A stretch of DNA of 64,000 nucleotides. Origin: Polyangia bacterium (GTDB lineage Bacteria; Myxococcota_A; Polyangia; JAAYKL01). The notes beneath the pieces are model-generated. The model was not told where the DNA came from and made no database searches. It saw only the letters and a list, made by a program, of their open reading frames with translations. This document shows, piece after piece, positions 18,605-28,821 of the stretch. Location: positions 1 through 64,000 of the forward strand of contig JBNKCR010000026.1 in the NCBI GenBank assembly GCA_050287845.1. The letters are read 5' to 3'. The first letter of the stretch is position 1. Every line of letters starts with the position of its first letter. Both the position numbers and the translations under genes were made by a program.

Positions 18605-20331
18605 TTCGACAACGGTTCGCATTCATCGTGATGATCATTTTCAGTCTGGCTGGCATCGGCGTCCACGCAGCCAGGTTGGACGCGCGAATCACCTACGTGG
18701 CCCTGGACAGTGTCTATCTGTCGTGCGGTCGTGAATGCGGCGTGGCGGTCGGCGACTCGTTCAGGCTGATGCGCCATGGCAAAATGGTCGCCCGAATCCG
18801 CATCATCCAGGTCAACGATACTTCGGCGTCCGCCACGGTGACCGTGAAGAAAGGCCGCATCCAGGCGGGAGACCGGGTCATCCCTGAGAAAACGAAGACA
18901 ACGAAGACGAAAAATGCCCGCGCCACCTCGCCAATCGGTGGTGTGGTGGTACCTCCGGCCACGTCCCATCAGAATCCACAATGGGACGAAGACGGCCTGC
19001 AGGACGTCTGGACCCGGGCCCTTATCGAATCCCCGCCGGTTCGGGTCGCGCACCGGAACACCGGCGCCGACCCGGATCGACTTACCACACTGGCGGCAGG
19101 CGCCGGAACCGCCCTGCACCAGTATGCCTACATTCAGAGCCGGAACTATCTGCGCACCGAGCAGACCCTCTGGTTTTTTGCCCGCGGAGGCCAGGCATCG
19201 GAACCGGGAATGAGCTGGGCCGTGGACGGCACGCTCAAAGGCCGATACGACGACGGAAATGATCGGTATCTCGAAGATCAGCGGTTCATTCCCCTGATTC
19301 GCCGTCTCTCGGTTTCATATCGTTTCCGACAGCATCCCATCACCCTGACCCTGGGCCGCTTTTCACCGGATGCGCCTATAGTGCATACCATTGATGGGCT
19401 GGAAACCGAACTGGAAGCCCGCCGCTTCTCCCTGTCCCTGTTCGGGGGAATTCTGCCCGACGAACAGGATATGGCGCCCACGGTGACCCGCCAGGCCGTT
19501 GGCATTGCCACAAGAATCACGCCGCTGGCTGCGGGGAATTACACTGCCGAAGCGGTGGTCCTGGCCAAACTGCACAAAGGCGCACTCTATCGCGCCGCAT
19601 TGGGAATCAACAACTGGTTCTACACTGAATCGGGGGCTCATTTCTCCCAGACAGCCGTTGTTGATTTTCTCTCTGCATCGAAAGATGCCAAGTCCCGGGG
19701 AGACGTCACCCTAAGCCGCGCCACCGTTGACGCCGCATGGCCCCTGACCGGACGCATGCAGATGGATGTGCGCGGACGCTACGACAAATCGGTTCTGTTT
19801 TCCCGGGATTACAGCGACCTGCCCCCGGAATGGCTTTCATATGTCGATTGCACCGGACAGGCGCGGCTGGAAACGGGCCTGCCCATGCGTACCCGCAGGT
19901 ATCGCGAAGTTCGTCCATTTGTATTCGGCCGGGCCGATCTGGTTTCCTGCGGGGTGGATGGCGGCAGAGGCGGAGCGGGCGTCAGCATTCGCGATGACTC
20001 CGTATTTTCTTCGCAAACCGGCCTGACCACGGTTGTCGACTACAGCGGGGGCACCGGTCAGACGCTGAATATTGACCTCACTACCAATACGCCTTTTAAA
20101 AGCGGTGCGCTGCAGCTGCTCGGCGGGCTATATACCACATGGAACTGGGTATCTCAGTCCGAAGTGCACACCCTGCGCAATCTCGCTTTTGTAATGCTGC
20201 AGGGACAACTGCGGCCCAACATTGATTTGTTCGCCAATTTGCAGGCCGGTTATGACCACGCGCTGGTACGCCTGACATATCCGTTCGGGGTGTGGATGCA
20301 GGTTCACATGGGAATTACCGCACGCTACTGA
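18601..20331 (+). CDS. Putative outer-membrane beta-barrel with a small N-terminal beta domain
   Basis: Signal peptide; alternating amphipathic strands; ends MQVHMGITARY with a terminal aromatic; ATGA overlap with the cytochrome stop. Confidence 0.65.
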   Translation: MIRQRFAFIVMIIFSLAGIGVHAARLDARITYVALDSVYLSCGRECGVAVGDSFRLMRHGKMVARIRIIQVNDTSASATVTVKKGRIQAGDRVIPEKTKTTKTKNARATSPIGGVVVPPATSHQNPQWDEDGLQDVWTRALIESPPVRVAHRNTGADPDRLTTLAAGAGTALHQYAYIQSRNYLRTEQTLWFFARGGQASEPGMSWAVDGTLKGRYDDGNDRYLEDQRFIPLIRRLSVSYRFRQHPITLTLGRFSPDAPIVHTIDGLETELEARRFSLSLFGGILPDEQDMAPTVTRQAVGIATRITPLAAGNYTAEAVVLAKLHKGALYRAALGINNWFYTESGAHFSQTAVVDFLSASKDAKSRGDVTLSRATVDAAWPLTGRMQMDVRGRYDKSVLFSRDYSDLPPEWLSYVDCTGQARLETGLPMRTRRYREVRPFVFGRADLVSCGVDGGRGGAGVSIRDDSVFSSQTGLTTVVDYSGGTGQTLNIDLTTNTPFKSGALQLLGGLYTTWNWVSQSEVHTLRNLAFVMLQGQLRPNIDLFANLQAGYDHALVRLTYPFGVWMQVHMGITARY

Positions 20332-20354
20332 CCCCCATCTCTATTTTAATGACA

Positions 20355-22613
20355 TTACATCTTCGGAGGAGGCATTTTAGTCAGCGGCCCGCCTTCGTAT
20401 CTGACTTCGGGAATCGGTTTGAGCTCCGTGGCCACGAAAAGATCGTAGGCATCCTTTACGCGGGCAAACGCTTCAGGCTCCGTCTTTTCCAGAGATTCCC
20501 CCTGTTCTCCCTTTTTTAGATTGTAAAACCGGAGAGCACCGGTCTGATCGAGCACATGCAATTTCCATCCATCGTATATAAACACACGCCGGGCATCGTA
20601 CATATCGTTCTGGCGAAGATCGGCAAAGACATATGGAATTTCGAGTTGCTGTCCCGGTACCCAATCCGGCAACAGGCTGATACTGTGTGACCCTGCAGGC
20701 ACCGGTTGGCCAAATAAATCCAGCAGCGTCGCAAACAGGTGAATGGCGCTGGTGGGGCGCTGAATATGTTTGGGCACAATACCCGGGCCGGCGATTGCCA
20801 GGGGAATCCGAATGTTTTCCTCGTACAGCTCATAGCCATGAAGCCACCGACCGTGTTCATGAAACGACTCCCCATGATCCGCGGAAAGAATGACCAGCGT
20901 GCGTTTATCCAGACCCAGCTCCCGGAACTTATCGAGCACCTTTCCCACATAAAAGTCAGTGTACAGCACTTCATGGTCGTAGCGATCCCGCCGGGATGTC
21001 CCGAACTGCCTGAAACCCTCATGGGTCAGATAATCGCCATGGGGATCCATGAAATGCACCCACATGAAAAAGCGGCCGGACGTATTTTCGGGATTCTTCA
21101 TCCACTTGATGGCAATTCGAGCCACGTCCGGCGAAGTGAATTGTCTGGCGGAATTGACGGTATCGGTGGGTTGACCGGTGACAAACTCCCAATGGGTAAA
21201 TCCCTGATGCCACCCATAGAACGGTCTGAACAGAAAATGGCTCATCAATCCGCCACACATCACTTCTTTGCCGCATATCAGCTCCGCCGCAAAGGTTTCA
21301 TCGAGGCCCACCCGCATCTTCTGCAGACTGCTGCGGTGCAGTTCGCTGGGATACTTTCCGGTCATCATGGCGGGAATGGACTGTGACGTATATGAGCTGA
21401 TGGAATAGGCATTCTCATATATCGCGCCATCCCTGAACACGGCATCGAGATTGGGCGTCAGGGGCCTCGGCTGTCCCATGAATCCCACCTCATCACTGCG
21501 CAGGGCATCCACGGTAATTAAAAGCACTGACAAATCCGCCGGCAAATCCGGTTGCTTCAGTGCCTGATTCACGGCGGTTTTCCTTACCACCCGACTGGCC
21601 AGCTGTTTCAGATTCAAATCCCCGCCGGAACAGTCCTCATCCACCCCATTGTCCGGAATTTCCGTTGCCCCGGGGTATATATGCGGATTGCCATCGTCGC
21701 AGTCGCGGCCCCCCAGCCAATGGGAATGCCCATCGCCATCCCGGTCGCCAAACCGACGCGCGATTTTGCCGGTCATCATGGCAAGTCCTCCGGCGCCATT
21801 GACATTCTCCACCATCCCGGGGTCAACAGCAGATACCCTGAATGCCAGATAAGGCTGTACCAACAGAGAAAGCGCCACCACTCCCGCAGACACCCAGACC
21901 TGCCGACGCAGCCGACCCATGAATTGGCTGGCCAATATGTACAGAGGCAGAATTCCCGCCAGTATCGCCAGTGCGCCTGTCACCGGTCCCAGACCCAACC
22001 CGTCCAGCCGCAAAAGGCTCATGAATGCAAATGGATTTCCATTTCCCCCTTCTCCGCCAATGTACCCATAGGACAACGAAACCACCGACACCAGCATCAC
22101 CACGCCCAGCGCAACCGCCGGTGTTATCCAGCGTGAATCTGCCCATTTGCGCCGGGAAAGCTCGAGGCTGAGCCAATATCGGATTCGCAGGATGACCACA
22201 ACCAATATCAGCGAAACCAGCAGCAGGGTACAGAGCAATGCAAGGGCCGCCAGACCCATATGGTGGAAGTGAATCATGAAGAACACGATGACCTGATAAA
22301 ACAGCGCCGCTGTCCCGGGACCAAACAGCCCCCACACCAGAATACTGACGAACGTTTCTGCGTTGGATGAAAACAGAAATTCTTTTTGCAACATCTGGCG
22401 AAAATGCGGGGGCAGAATCCAGAACGCCATGGTCACCAGTCCTGCCAGGGCAATCCCGACCGGTGCCAGTAAACCGGCCGAAAAAAGTATCGCAAATCCC
22501 ACTGAATCTCCGCCCGCCATACACCCTTCCACGACCCCAACAATGCTGCCGGAGACCGCACCACACAGAAGCGCCCGCACCAGGGCGCGTAAAAATACGT
22601 GCATAAACGTCAA
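20355..22613 (-). CDS. Membrane-anchored sulfatase/alkaline-phosphatase-fold transferase with a Cys/Asp putative metal-binding motif
   Basis: Multi-TM N-terminus; DRDGDG…DCDD…IYPGATEIPDNGVDEDC; LITVDALRSD; YTSQSIPAMMTG; HFMDPH; SADHGE. Confidence 0.8.
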   Translation of the reverse strand: MTFMHVFLRALVRALLCGAVSGSIVGVVEGCMAGGDSVGFAILFSAGLLAPVGIALAGLVTMAFWILPPHFRQMLQKEFLFSSNAETFVSILVWGLFGPGTAALFYQVIVFFMIHFHHMGLAALALLCTLLLVSLILVVVILRIRYWLSLELSRRKWADSRWITPAVALGVVMLVSVVSLSYGYIGGEGGNGNPFAFMSLLRLDGLGLGPVTGALAILAGILPLYILASQFMGRLRRQVWVSAGVVALSLLVQPYLAFRVSAVDPGMVENVNGAGGLAMMTGKIARRFGDRDGDGHSHWLGGRDCDDGNPHIYPGATEIPDNGVDEDCSGGDLNLKQLASRVVRKTAVNQALKQPDLPADLSVLLITVDALRSDEVGFMGQPRPLTPNLDAVFRDGAIYENAYSISSYTSQSIPAMMTGKYPSELHRSSLQKMRVGLDETFAAELICGKEVMCGGLMSHFLFRPFYGWHQGFTHWEFVTGQPTDTVNSARQFTSPDVARIAIKWMKNPENTSGRFFMWVHFMDPHGDYLTHEGFRQFGTSRRDRYDHEVLYTDFYVGKVLDKFRELGLDKRTLVILSADHGESFHEHGRWLHGYELYEENIRIPLAIAGPGIVPKHIQRPTSAIHLFATLLDLFGQPVPAGSHSISLLPDWVPGQQLEIPYVFADLRQNDMYDARRVFIYDGWKLHVLDQTGALRFYNLKKGEQGESLEKTEPEAFARVKDAYDLFVATELKPIPEVRYEGGPLTKMPPPKM

Positions 22614-22774
22614 CCTATGTAAAAAAAATCGAACTCTTCATGAATATGTTATTTAAAGGTCTTTTGCCGGTGTATCATATCTTCACTATTTTCCTCCCAT
22701 AGAAATGTGAAAAATCTCCATACAGCCCCCAAACGCCTTCACAAACGCCAAAGATGTTGAGACAGTCCCGACGA

Positions 22775-24979
22775 TCAGAATCCGACACTCTCCCGTGGAT
22801 TGGACGGGATTTCGGTCATGCCCCGCTCCCTCATCACCAGGTGAAGTTCGTGGGTCAGAATCGGCGCCCGCTCGGCAATGCGACGCAAATCCGAGCCCGC
22901 AATACAGAAGGCTTTCAACCCGGTCCGGGCAACGACGGTGGCGTTTCGGCGGCTACTGTATCCCATCGCCACATTTTCGCCGAAGAAATCGCCGGGACCG
23001 AGCGCCTCTTTCAATGATTCAACATTTCGGGAGCGCTTCAGAACGTCGGCTTCCCCGGATATGATAACGTAAAAATCATCGGACTTCCCCCCCTGGCGGA
23101 CAACCACTTCGCCGCGCTCAAATTCCCGCGCTTCGGCGAGCAGTGAGATTTCGTGCTTCGCATGGGGATGCAGATTTCGAAACAGCTTCAACTGTGAAAT
23201 GAACTCCCGGGACACCCAGAGACGTTCAAACCGCTTTTTCAGATGGTTCGCATCCACAAATTCGAGGAATATATCGCCGGGCAAGCGGAACAGCACGCAC
23301 GCAGAAAGCGTTCGAAACGCAGCATTGCGCTTCACATTGCGAATAATCGACATTTCTCCAAAAAAATCGCCGCTCTCCAGCAACGCTATCTGCTTTGATT
23401 TTCCACCGCTCTGAATCAGAATCTCCCCACTGCCGGACAATATAAAATAAAAACCATCGCTGTTGGCCCCCTGGGCAACCACTTCCACGCCGGGCTTCAC
23501 TTCCAGTACTTTCCCCTGAGAAAACACTACATTAATCCAGAACAGGTCTGTTACTTCCAGGAGATTCATTGTTTTCAGCAGCTTCAACACCAGGGACTGC
23601 GACAGGGAATTGCTTTCCAGGTAGGTGCGCCCCCACCCCGGCGTCGCCACAGAGAAGCGATTTGTGTCCACCCTGGCCGGGTTCACGTGGTAAAACAGAA
23701 AATCGGTTTGCGGATTCTGCACCACATCCGCTTCAAAGTCGGAAGGGTCTCCATGAATCGGGGCGCCCCCCCCATCTATCATGACCAGACTCTCGCCCCC
23801 TCGCACCAATCCTTTCATGCGCTGCGCCTTCCCTTCGGTAATGGCGCCGGCCTGCACCATTTCGTCCAGCTTGCTGAACCCGGCGGTATCACTGCTGTGC
23901 ACCACCGTGTACAGCTTGCCGTCTCTCCCGCGCACAGATACCCGGAATCCAATGGTCGGAATCGAATGCACCGTATAAAAGAACTCCCATCTGGCCCCAT
24001 ATAAATTAAACGGCTTTCCGGGCACTACCTCTGTGAAAGTCAGATAGTTTCGAATCTCGTCAATCGATTCTCCGAGCACATTGCTGGTTTTGATAAGCAT
24101 CGATTCATAAATTTCGCGCGTCGTAATGATATTGGCTGTCTGTTCGGATAAAATCATATCCATCAGGGTGCAATGGTCGTCGTGAACATGAGACAGAATA
24201 ACTCCTGCAAGGTCCGACTTCGGAATCCCCAGTTGACGGAGGTACTCTGATGTCCCCACCGGGCCATCCACCAGAAATCCATTGCAGTTGACCCACATCA
24301 CCATTCCCGTAGTCGGCCCCTCAGTATCGAAACCCGAATAGGTTCCCAGCAGCTTCACGCGCAACACCTGCGGTATTTCCGGATGAATCTGCGGTTCCGT
24401 CATCACCGGCAATTGTTCCCCCGCAAATGTCAAGTCCACTTTCTGCGCATGAGCGCCATCTCGAATTTCGAATTGATTTTCCCCCGTGTGTACCACTTCC
24501 GGACCCGATTCCCACAGCGGAACCCCCGCGTTGTCCGCGGGGAACAGGGCAAAATCGAGAATATCGGCCAGTTTCAGAGCGTGGCCACCCCGTTTGATTG
24601 CCATGTAATTCATCATTTTTGTCAAATACTGAGTCCGGCTTTTTGAAATTCGCCAGTTTTTCATCTGCTCGCGAGAGGGACCATACAGTGTCACCATCAT
24701 GGTCTCCTGAACCCGTCGACACATTTCCCCGGTGCCGATAACACGAAAGCGGCAATCCTGCTGTCCGCTATCGAAGAACAGATGCCAATATGCCAGAAAC
24801 TCCAACGCAATCTGAGACACGCCATTCACATATGCAATATCGGGAAGCACAACAACCCGGGGCATCTTCCGGTTTCCCCGGAGCACAAATTTCAATATTT
24901 CAGGAGGGGAGCCAAACAGTGCCGCATTTTCGTTCTGCTGCAGATGAAAGCAACCGGGAAGAATCTGTTGAATATCCAT
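22775..24979 (-). CDS. Metallo-beta-lactamase-fold hydrolase with two cNMP-binding domains (putative cyclic nucleotide phosphodiesterase)
   Basis: SHVHDDH, HSIPT, HSSDT; two GDFFGE…RNA cNMP motifs. Confidence 0.8.
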   Translation of the reverse strand: MDIQQILPGCFHLQQNENAALFGSPPEILKFVLRGNRKMPRVVVLPDIAYVNGVSQIALEFLAYWHLFFDSGQQDCRFRVIGTGEMCRRVQETMMVTLYGPSREQMKNWRISKSRTQYLTKMMNYMAIKRGGHALKLADILDFALFPADNAGVPLWESGPEVVHTGENQFEIRDGAHAQKVDLTFAGEQLPVMTEPQIHPEIPQVLRVKLLGTYSGFDTEGPTTGMVMWVNCNGFLVDGPVGTSEYLRQLGIPKSDLAGVILSHVHDDHCTLMDMILSEQTANIITTREIYESMLIKTSNVLGESIDEIRNYLTFTEVVPGKPFNLYGARWEFFYTVHSIPTIGFRVSVRGRDGKLYTVVHSSDTAGFSKLDEMVQAGAITEGKAQRMKGLVRGGESLVMIDGGGAPIHGDPSDFEADVVQNPQTDFLFYHVNPARVDTNRFSVATPGWGRTYLESNSLSQSLVLKLLKTMNLLEVTDLFWINVVFSQGKVLEVKPGVEVVAQGANSDGFYFILSGSGEILIQSGGKSKQIALLESGDFFGEMSIIRNVKRNAAFRTLSACVLFRLPGDIFLEFVDANHLKKRFERLWVSREFISQLKLFRNLHPHAKHEISLLAEAREFERGEVVVRQGGKSDDFYVIISGEADVLKRSRNVESLKEALGPGDFFGENVAMGYSSRRNATVVARTGLKAFCIAGSDLRRIAERAPILTHELHLVMRERGMTEIPSNPRESVGF

Positions 24980-25218
24980 GAAGCCTCTTTCTTTCCCTAC
25001 TCAAATCTTTCAAGATATAAAGGCCAGATGTCACTCGATTCCTACTGAGTGTTCTGTTCGGAACCAATACCAATTATACCGCCAATATTTGTGAAAACTA
25101 CAAAAAAATATTATGACACTGTACGGGCTGAAAATTACGGTCCAATTTCGAACCACAATTTTACACGTACAATCGTTGAAAATAATTTGCGAATTCTCAG
25201 ACAACCCACACAGGCGGG

Positions 25219-25662
25219 TCAAATGGTGAGTAAAATTTTGGCGGTGGCTGGATTGAAATCTCTACGAAAACAATAGCTGATGGCGCCGGGCGCAGAAAAA
25301 ACGGCGCGCACCGTATTACTCAGCTCAATGGGTGGACGTATTCCCTTTTTTACCTGCATGTCCTGCCAGTATTTCTGTTCTCCGGAGTCATTCATTCCCA
25401 ATACCCTGCTGACAAACTGCTTCCGAAGCGAAGAACCCGTCCTCGCATGAATGGGCTGAACCCGGTTTCCCTTGTAAGTAGTGATTTCTTTTCGAAAAAT
25501 GCGCCGCACATCCACACGGGATACTGTGGACACCGGCAGATTCCGGTTCCCAATAACCACAATATCATTCACGCTTTCCGCCTGTACAGCGGTTCGCTGT
25601 TGCATCAGCGCCGCTATAATCAACAGAAAAGGACCCAAAAGCTGGAAACCGCGTCTGGACAT
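25219..25662 (-). CDS. Small secreted periplasmic-binding-protein-like protein
   Basis: Signal peptide; IVVIGN…VRRIF…R.QF…VLG…YW…PP…PGAISY pattern. Confidence 0.65.
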   Translation of the reverse strand: MSRRGFQLLGPFLLIIAALMQQRTAVQAESVNDIVVIGNRNLPVSTVSRVDVRRIFRKEITTYKGNRVQPIHARTGSSLRKQFVSRVLGMNDSGEQKYWQDMQVKKGIRPPIELSNTVRAVFSAPGAISYCFRRDFNPATAKILLTI

Positions 25663-25768
25663 TCAAATCTCCTCAAATCAGTAAACAGTATGCCCCCGTA
25701 TGGATTGTGACATGGTCATCCGGATAAAATTCACAGAATTCAGGAGAAATGATGAGCGAGGAAAAATA

Positions 25769-27376
25769 TCAGAATGAAACGGCTGCCTGACCGGCAATGT
25801 ACCAGATGTGCCCGCCATACTGGTCCGACTGAGGATTGATCATATAGCCGCTGCCCTTGAGGGTCAGAAACGCCCCGGGCTTCACATTCACTCCGAACTG
25901 AACAATTGTCCATGATTCAAAATCCGTTGCATCATCCGGATAAAGCAGGTCAATCCCGGCAAAAGGTGTGATGGTGGTTTCATCCAACTTCAGCGGCAAA
26001 GTATACGACAGAAGCCCGTAGCCGGACATGGCGATTTTATTTCCCTGCCAGGTGACCTGCAACGGGTCAGTGCCCAGAAACGCGGCTTGCATCTCCGAAG
26101 ATCTGGGGGGGACTTTGTAATCCACTTTTCGCCAGACAAATTCCCCGGCCAGCCGCAACCCCTTAAACGACGCTTCGATGTCCGCCGCGCCGATGAGTTC
26201 CATGTAGTTCTCTTCAGTAACAGTGGCTGTTGTCAGGGCCGGATCGGCAGTCGGGTCCAGCGCGGTATAGTCATCAGTCATCGCAACCCGAATTTCCTGA
26301 GACCAGTTTGTGTACTCGCCGTAGTACCCATAACCTCCCAATGCCAATTTCCAATCCGTTGACGACAACTGGACTTTCCCCCGAACACCAACGGCTTTAT
26401 TGTCATCCATATCGAAGAACGCATCGGTCGGACTGCGGCCGTTGGAAACAGTGACCGCGTACCGAATGGTCAACAGATCAGTGGGATAGAGTTGACCGAA
26501 TACCATGATACCTGTCTGCGCACTGGGTACATATTCAAAAACCTGCATAAAAGGCATCAACGCCGTCAGACATACGGTGGGGCCATGGTCTTCATTCCAG
26601 ATGCCATAGGGTGTCAGGTATCGGCCACCACGAATTTGAAACCAATCCCGAGGTGTAAAATCAAAATGTGCACGCTCGATGAAAACGCCCCCCAATCTGA
26701 ATTCCGCGCCATAGGGGTTGGTTGTACCGGTATCCACACGCACGAACTCGCCCTGAGATGCGCCCCGCACGCCATTCGTGTAAACCACTTTGGGCACGGA
26801 CGTGATGTCTCCCAGAGGAGAAAATGTAAACCGAACCTCTGCCAGAGTAGACAGATTGTCAGTCATCTGGCTGGCGAAATACAGATTGATATTATTCATC
26901 AGAAACGAATTATGCTTCGTCTGATTCTGCGCAAACAGAATGCTGTCATCATTTTGCGGAAAGCTCATTGCGTAATTCAGGTCCATAAATCCGTAAATCT
27001 GAAATTTGTCCTCGCGATTCGTAATATTTTCCATTAACTGAAGGCCGATGTCATCCCGCTCTTCTCTGGCCGCTTCCAATTCCTCCCGAGTGGTCTGGTT
27101 TTCTGCCTTCAATGCTGCCACCTCGTCATCCTGAAGCTTCGACGACGCTTCCAGCGCCTGAATTTTATCTTCCTGAGCGGCGAGTCGCTGCTCCAATGCT
27201 GCGATTTTATCGGCAATCCCCACATCTGATGCGTCTGAATCACCGGAGACCGCTTCTTTTTCCTGACTGAACGCCGCGGATGCAACAAGCATTATGGAGA
27301 GTACAACTGCGAAACCCGTCATCCACACCACTGTATTCATTCCCATTCTGTTCATCGTCGCTTGCCTTTCAGTCAC
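25769..27376 (-). CDS. Putative porin with an N-terminal coiled coil
   Basis: Signal peptide, heptad-rich acidic segment, IYGFMD, GRYLTPYGIWN..H, C-terminal AVSF. Start may be 27355. Confidence 0.72.
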   Translation of the reverse strand: MTERQATMNRMGMNTVVWMTGFAVVLSIMLVASAAFSQEKEAVSGDSDASDVGIADKIAALEQRLAAQEDKIQALEASSKLQDDEVAALKAENQTTREELEAAREERDDIGLQLMENITNREDKFQIYGFMDLNYAMSFPQNDDSILFAQNQTKHNSFLMNNINLYFASQMTDNLSTLAEVRFTFSPLGDITSVPKVVYTNGVRGASQGEFVRVDTGTTNPYGAEFRLGGVFIERAHFDFTPRDWFQIRGGRYLTPYGIWNEDHGPTVCLTALMPFMQVFEYVPSAQTGIMVFGQLYPTDLLTIRYAVTVSNGRSPTDAFFDMDDNKAVGVRGKVQLSSTDWKLALGGYGYYGEYTNWSQEIRVAMTDDYTALDPTADPALTTATVTEENYMELIGAADIEASFKGLRLAGEFVWRKVDYKVPPRSSEMQAAFLGTDPLQVTWQGNKIAMSGYGLLSYTLPLKLDETTITPFAGIDLLYPDDATDFESWTIVQFGVNVKPGAFLTLKGSGYMINPQSDQYGGHIWYIAGQAAVSF

Positions 27377-27797
27377 AGGTACATTGTATGCCGGTTAATT
27401 GACTGGTGTTCTCAGTGGGAACACACAATGGGGATGGAAACGGATTCACCATACCTGTCGAACAATCGCAACAGAGATTGCCTGCGGGACAACCGCCTGA
27501 GGTACAGTCATCGATGGTACACATTCCGGGATTCTGCGGATGCGTCACATCCAATAGACAGTAATCCGCAGGTGGCGATTGACAATCTGCCGGCCCGGTG
27601 CACGGCGCGCCCAACGCCGCTGTGTCCCCCTCCGAATCGGTTGTTGCCGTATCCGCCCCAGCCTCCGCTTCGATAATACAGGCCTTAAATTCGTCATCCC
27701 AATACATGCCGTCCACACAGCGCTCGTCATCGCTTACAGAACAAGCTGACGCATACAATATTGTCGCAATGAATGTTGCCAGAAAACAGTGCTTCAT
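27369..27797 (-). CDS. Cysteine-rich lipoprotein
   Basis: Lipobox-like ASAC; 14 further Cys; RBS AAGGAG. Confidence 0.7.
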   Translation of the reverse strand: MKHCFLATFIATILYASACSVSDDERCVDGMYWDDEFKACIIEAEAGADTATTDSEGDTAALGAPCTGPADCQSPPADYCLLDVTHPQNPGMCTIDDCTSGGCPAGNLCCDCSTGMVNPFPSPLCVPTENTSQLTGIQCTCD

Positions 27798-27883
27798 ACT
27801 GCCATCTCTCCTTTGACGGGCGGGATGTTCAACACGCCCCTTCTCCACTTTCAATATTTGATTCGCAATCCATCATAATACGG

Positions 27884-28135
27884 TCAAAGCACCAGCAGCA
27901 TCTCTGCAACCGCTGGATTGAAATCTTTTCTGAAGCAATAACGGATTGCCCCCCGTGCTGAAAACACAGCGCGCATGGTATTGGACAGTTCAAAGGGAGG
28001 CGTCGTCCCTCTTTTCACTTTCATGTCCTGCCAGTATTTTTTCTCGGCAGCTTCATTCATTCCCAGCACCTGGACAACAAAGCGCTGACGCAGCAAACTG
28101 CCAAAGGGCGCATGAATGGGCTTCACAGAAGCACC
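27884..28135 (-). pseudogene. Truncated paralogue of the 25219-25662 gene
   Basis: PIHA..GS.LR..FV..VLGMN…YWQDM.VK.G..PP.ELSNT.RAVFSA.GAI.YCFR.DFNPA is shared. An in-frame TGA lies just upstream and there is no intact N-terminus. Confidence 0.8.
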
Positions 28136-28528
28136 ATTTCATAATGACACATTTCCCAATAAAGACAAACCAGACAATCAGACCGGCAATTGTAAACAGA
28201 AACTGCAAATGGAATCACAATATACGAATCGTAATACCGACTTTATGTTCTATCGTTAATTTACTTGAACATATTCGAAGAAGTCGCATATCAATTGTCA
28301 GATCTGGAACCACAAACTCATTTCTGGCGAGTGGTCTGTTCGGTGAAATCGCCCTTTCCTGCCGCCATTTTAAAATCGTATTCAATATCAACAGATATGA
28401 AGAAAAAACGCTGTTAATTTTTAAAACCCGGTGCCGTGAATACTGATATACGTTTTCTGCCCCGTGCGGCCCGTTGCACTGGACGGCTGGCGTTTACAAT
28501 TTGTATCGAACCGGCCAGAGGAGTTGAT

Positions 28529-28813
28529 ATGCAAACAGTGGAGATCAATGAATCTTTAATCATCACGAATGTTGCCAGTTCCAAAACCAAATTTTTAGAG
28601 GTGTTGGCGCAGTATGATGGGCCGCTCGAATTTGATTTGGAAAACGTGAATGATTGCGACACAAGTGGCGTTCAATTGTTACTGGCTGTTTGCAAGTTTG
28701 CAGTGGAGGAGAACAGAAAAATTTCTTTTTGCAATTTTTCAGAATCCATTCATCGGGCATTTGCGAATACAGGAATCGAAAATCTGAACGACTTCCTCAC
28801 ACCAGAGCAATGA
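28529..28813 (+). CDS. STAS domain protein
   Basis: DLENVNDCDTSGVQLLLA; RBS GAGGAG. Confidence 0.85.
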   Translation: MQTVEINESLIITNVASSKTKFLEVLAQYDGPLEFDLENVNDCDTSGVQLLLAVCKFAVEENRKISFCNFSESIHRAFANTGIENLNDFLTPEQ

Positions 28814-28821
28814 GGTGATAA

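Noticed and set aside
20355..22613. Formylglycine-dependent sulfatase
   Set aside because: Lacks the (C/S)xPxR motif.
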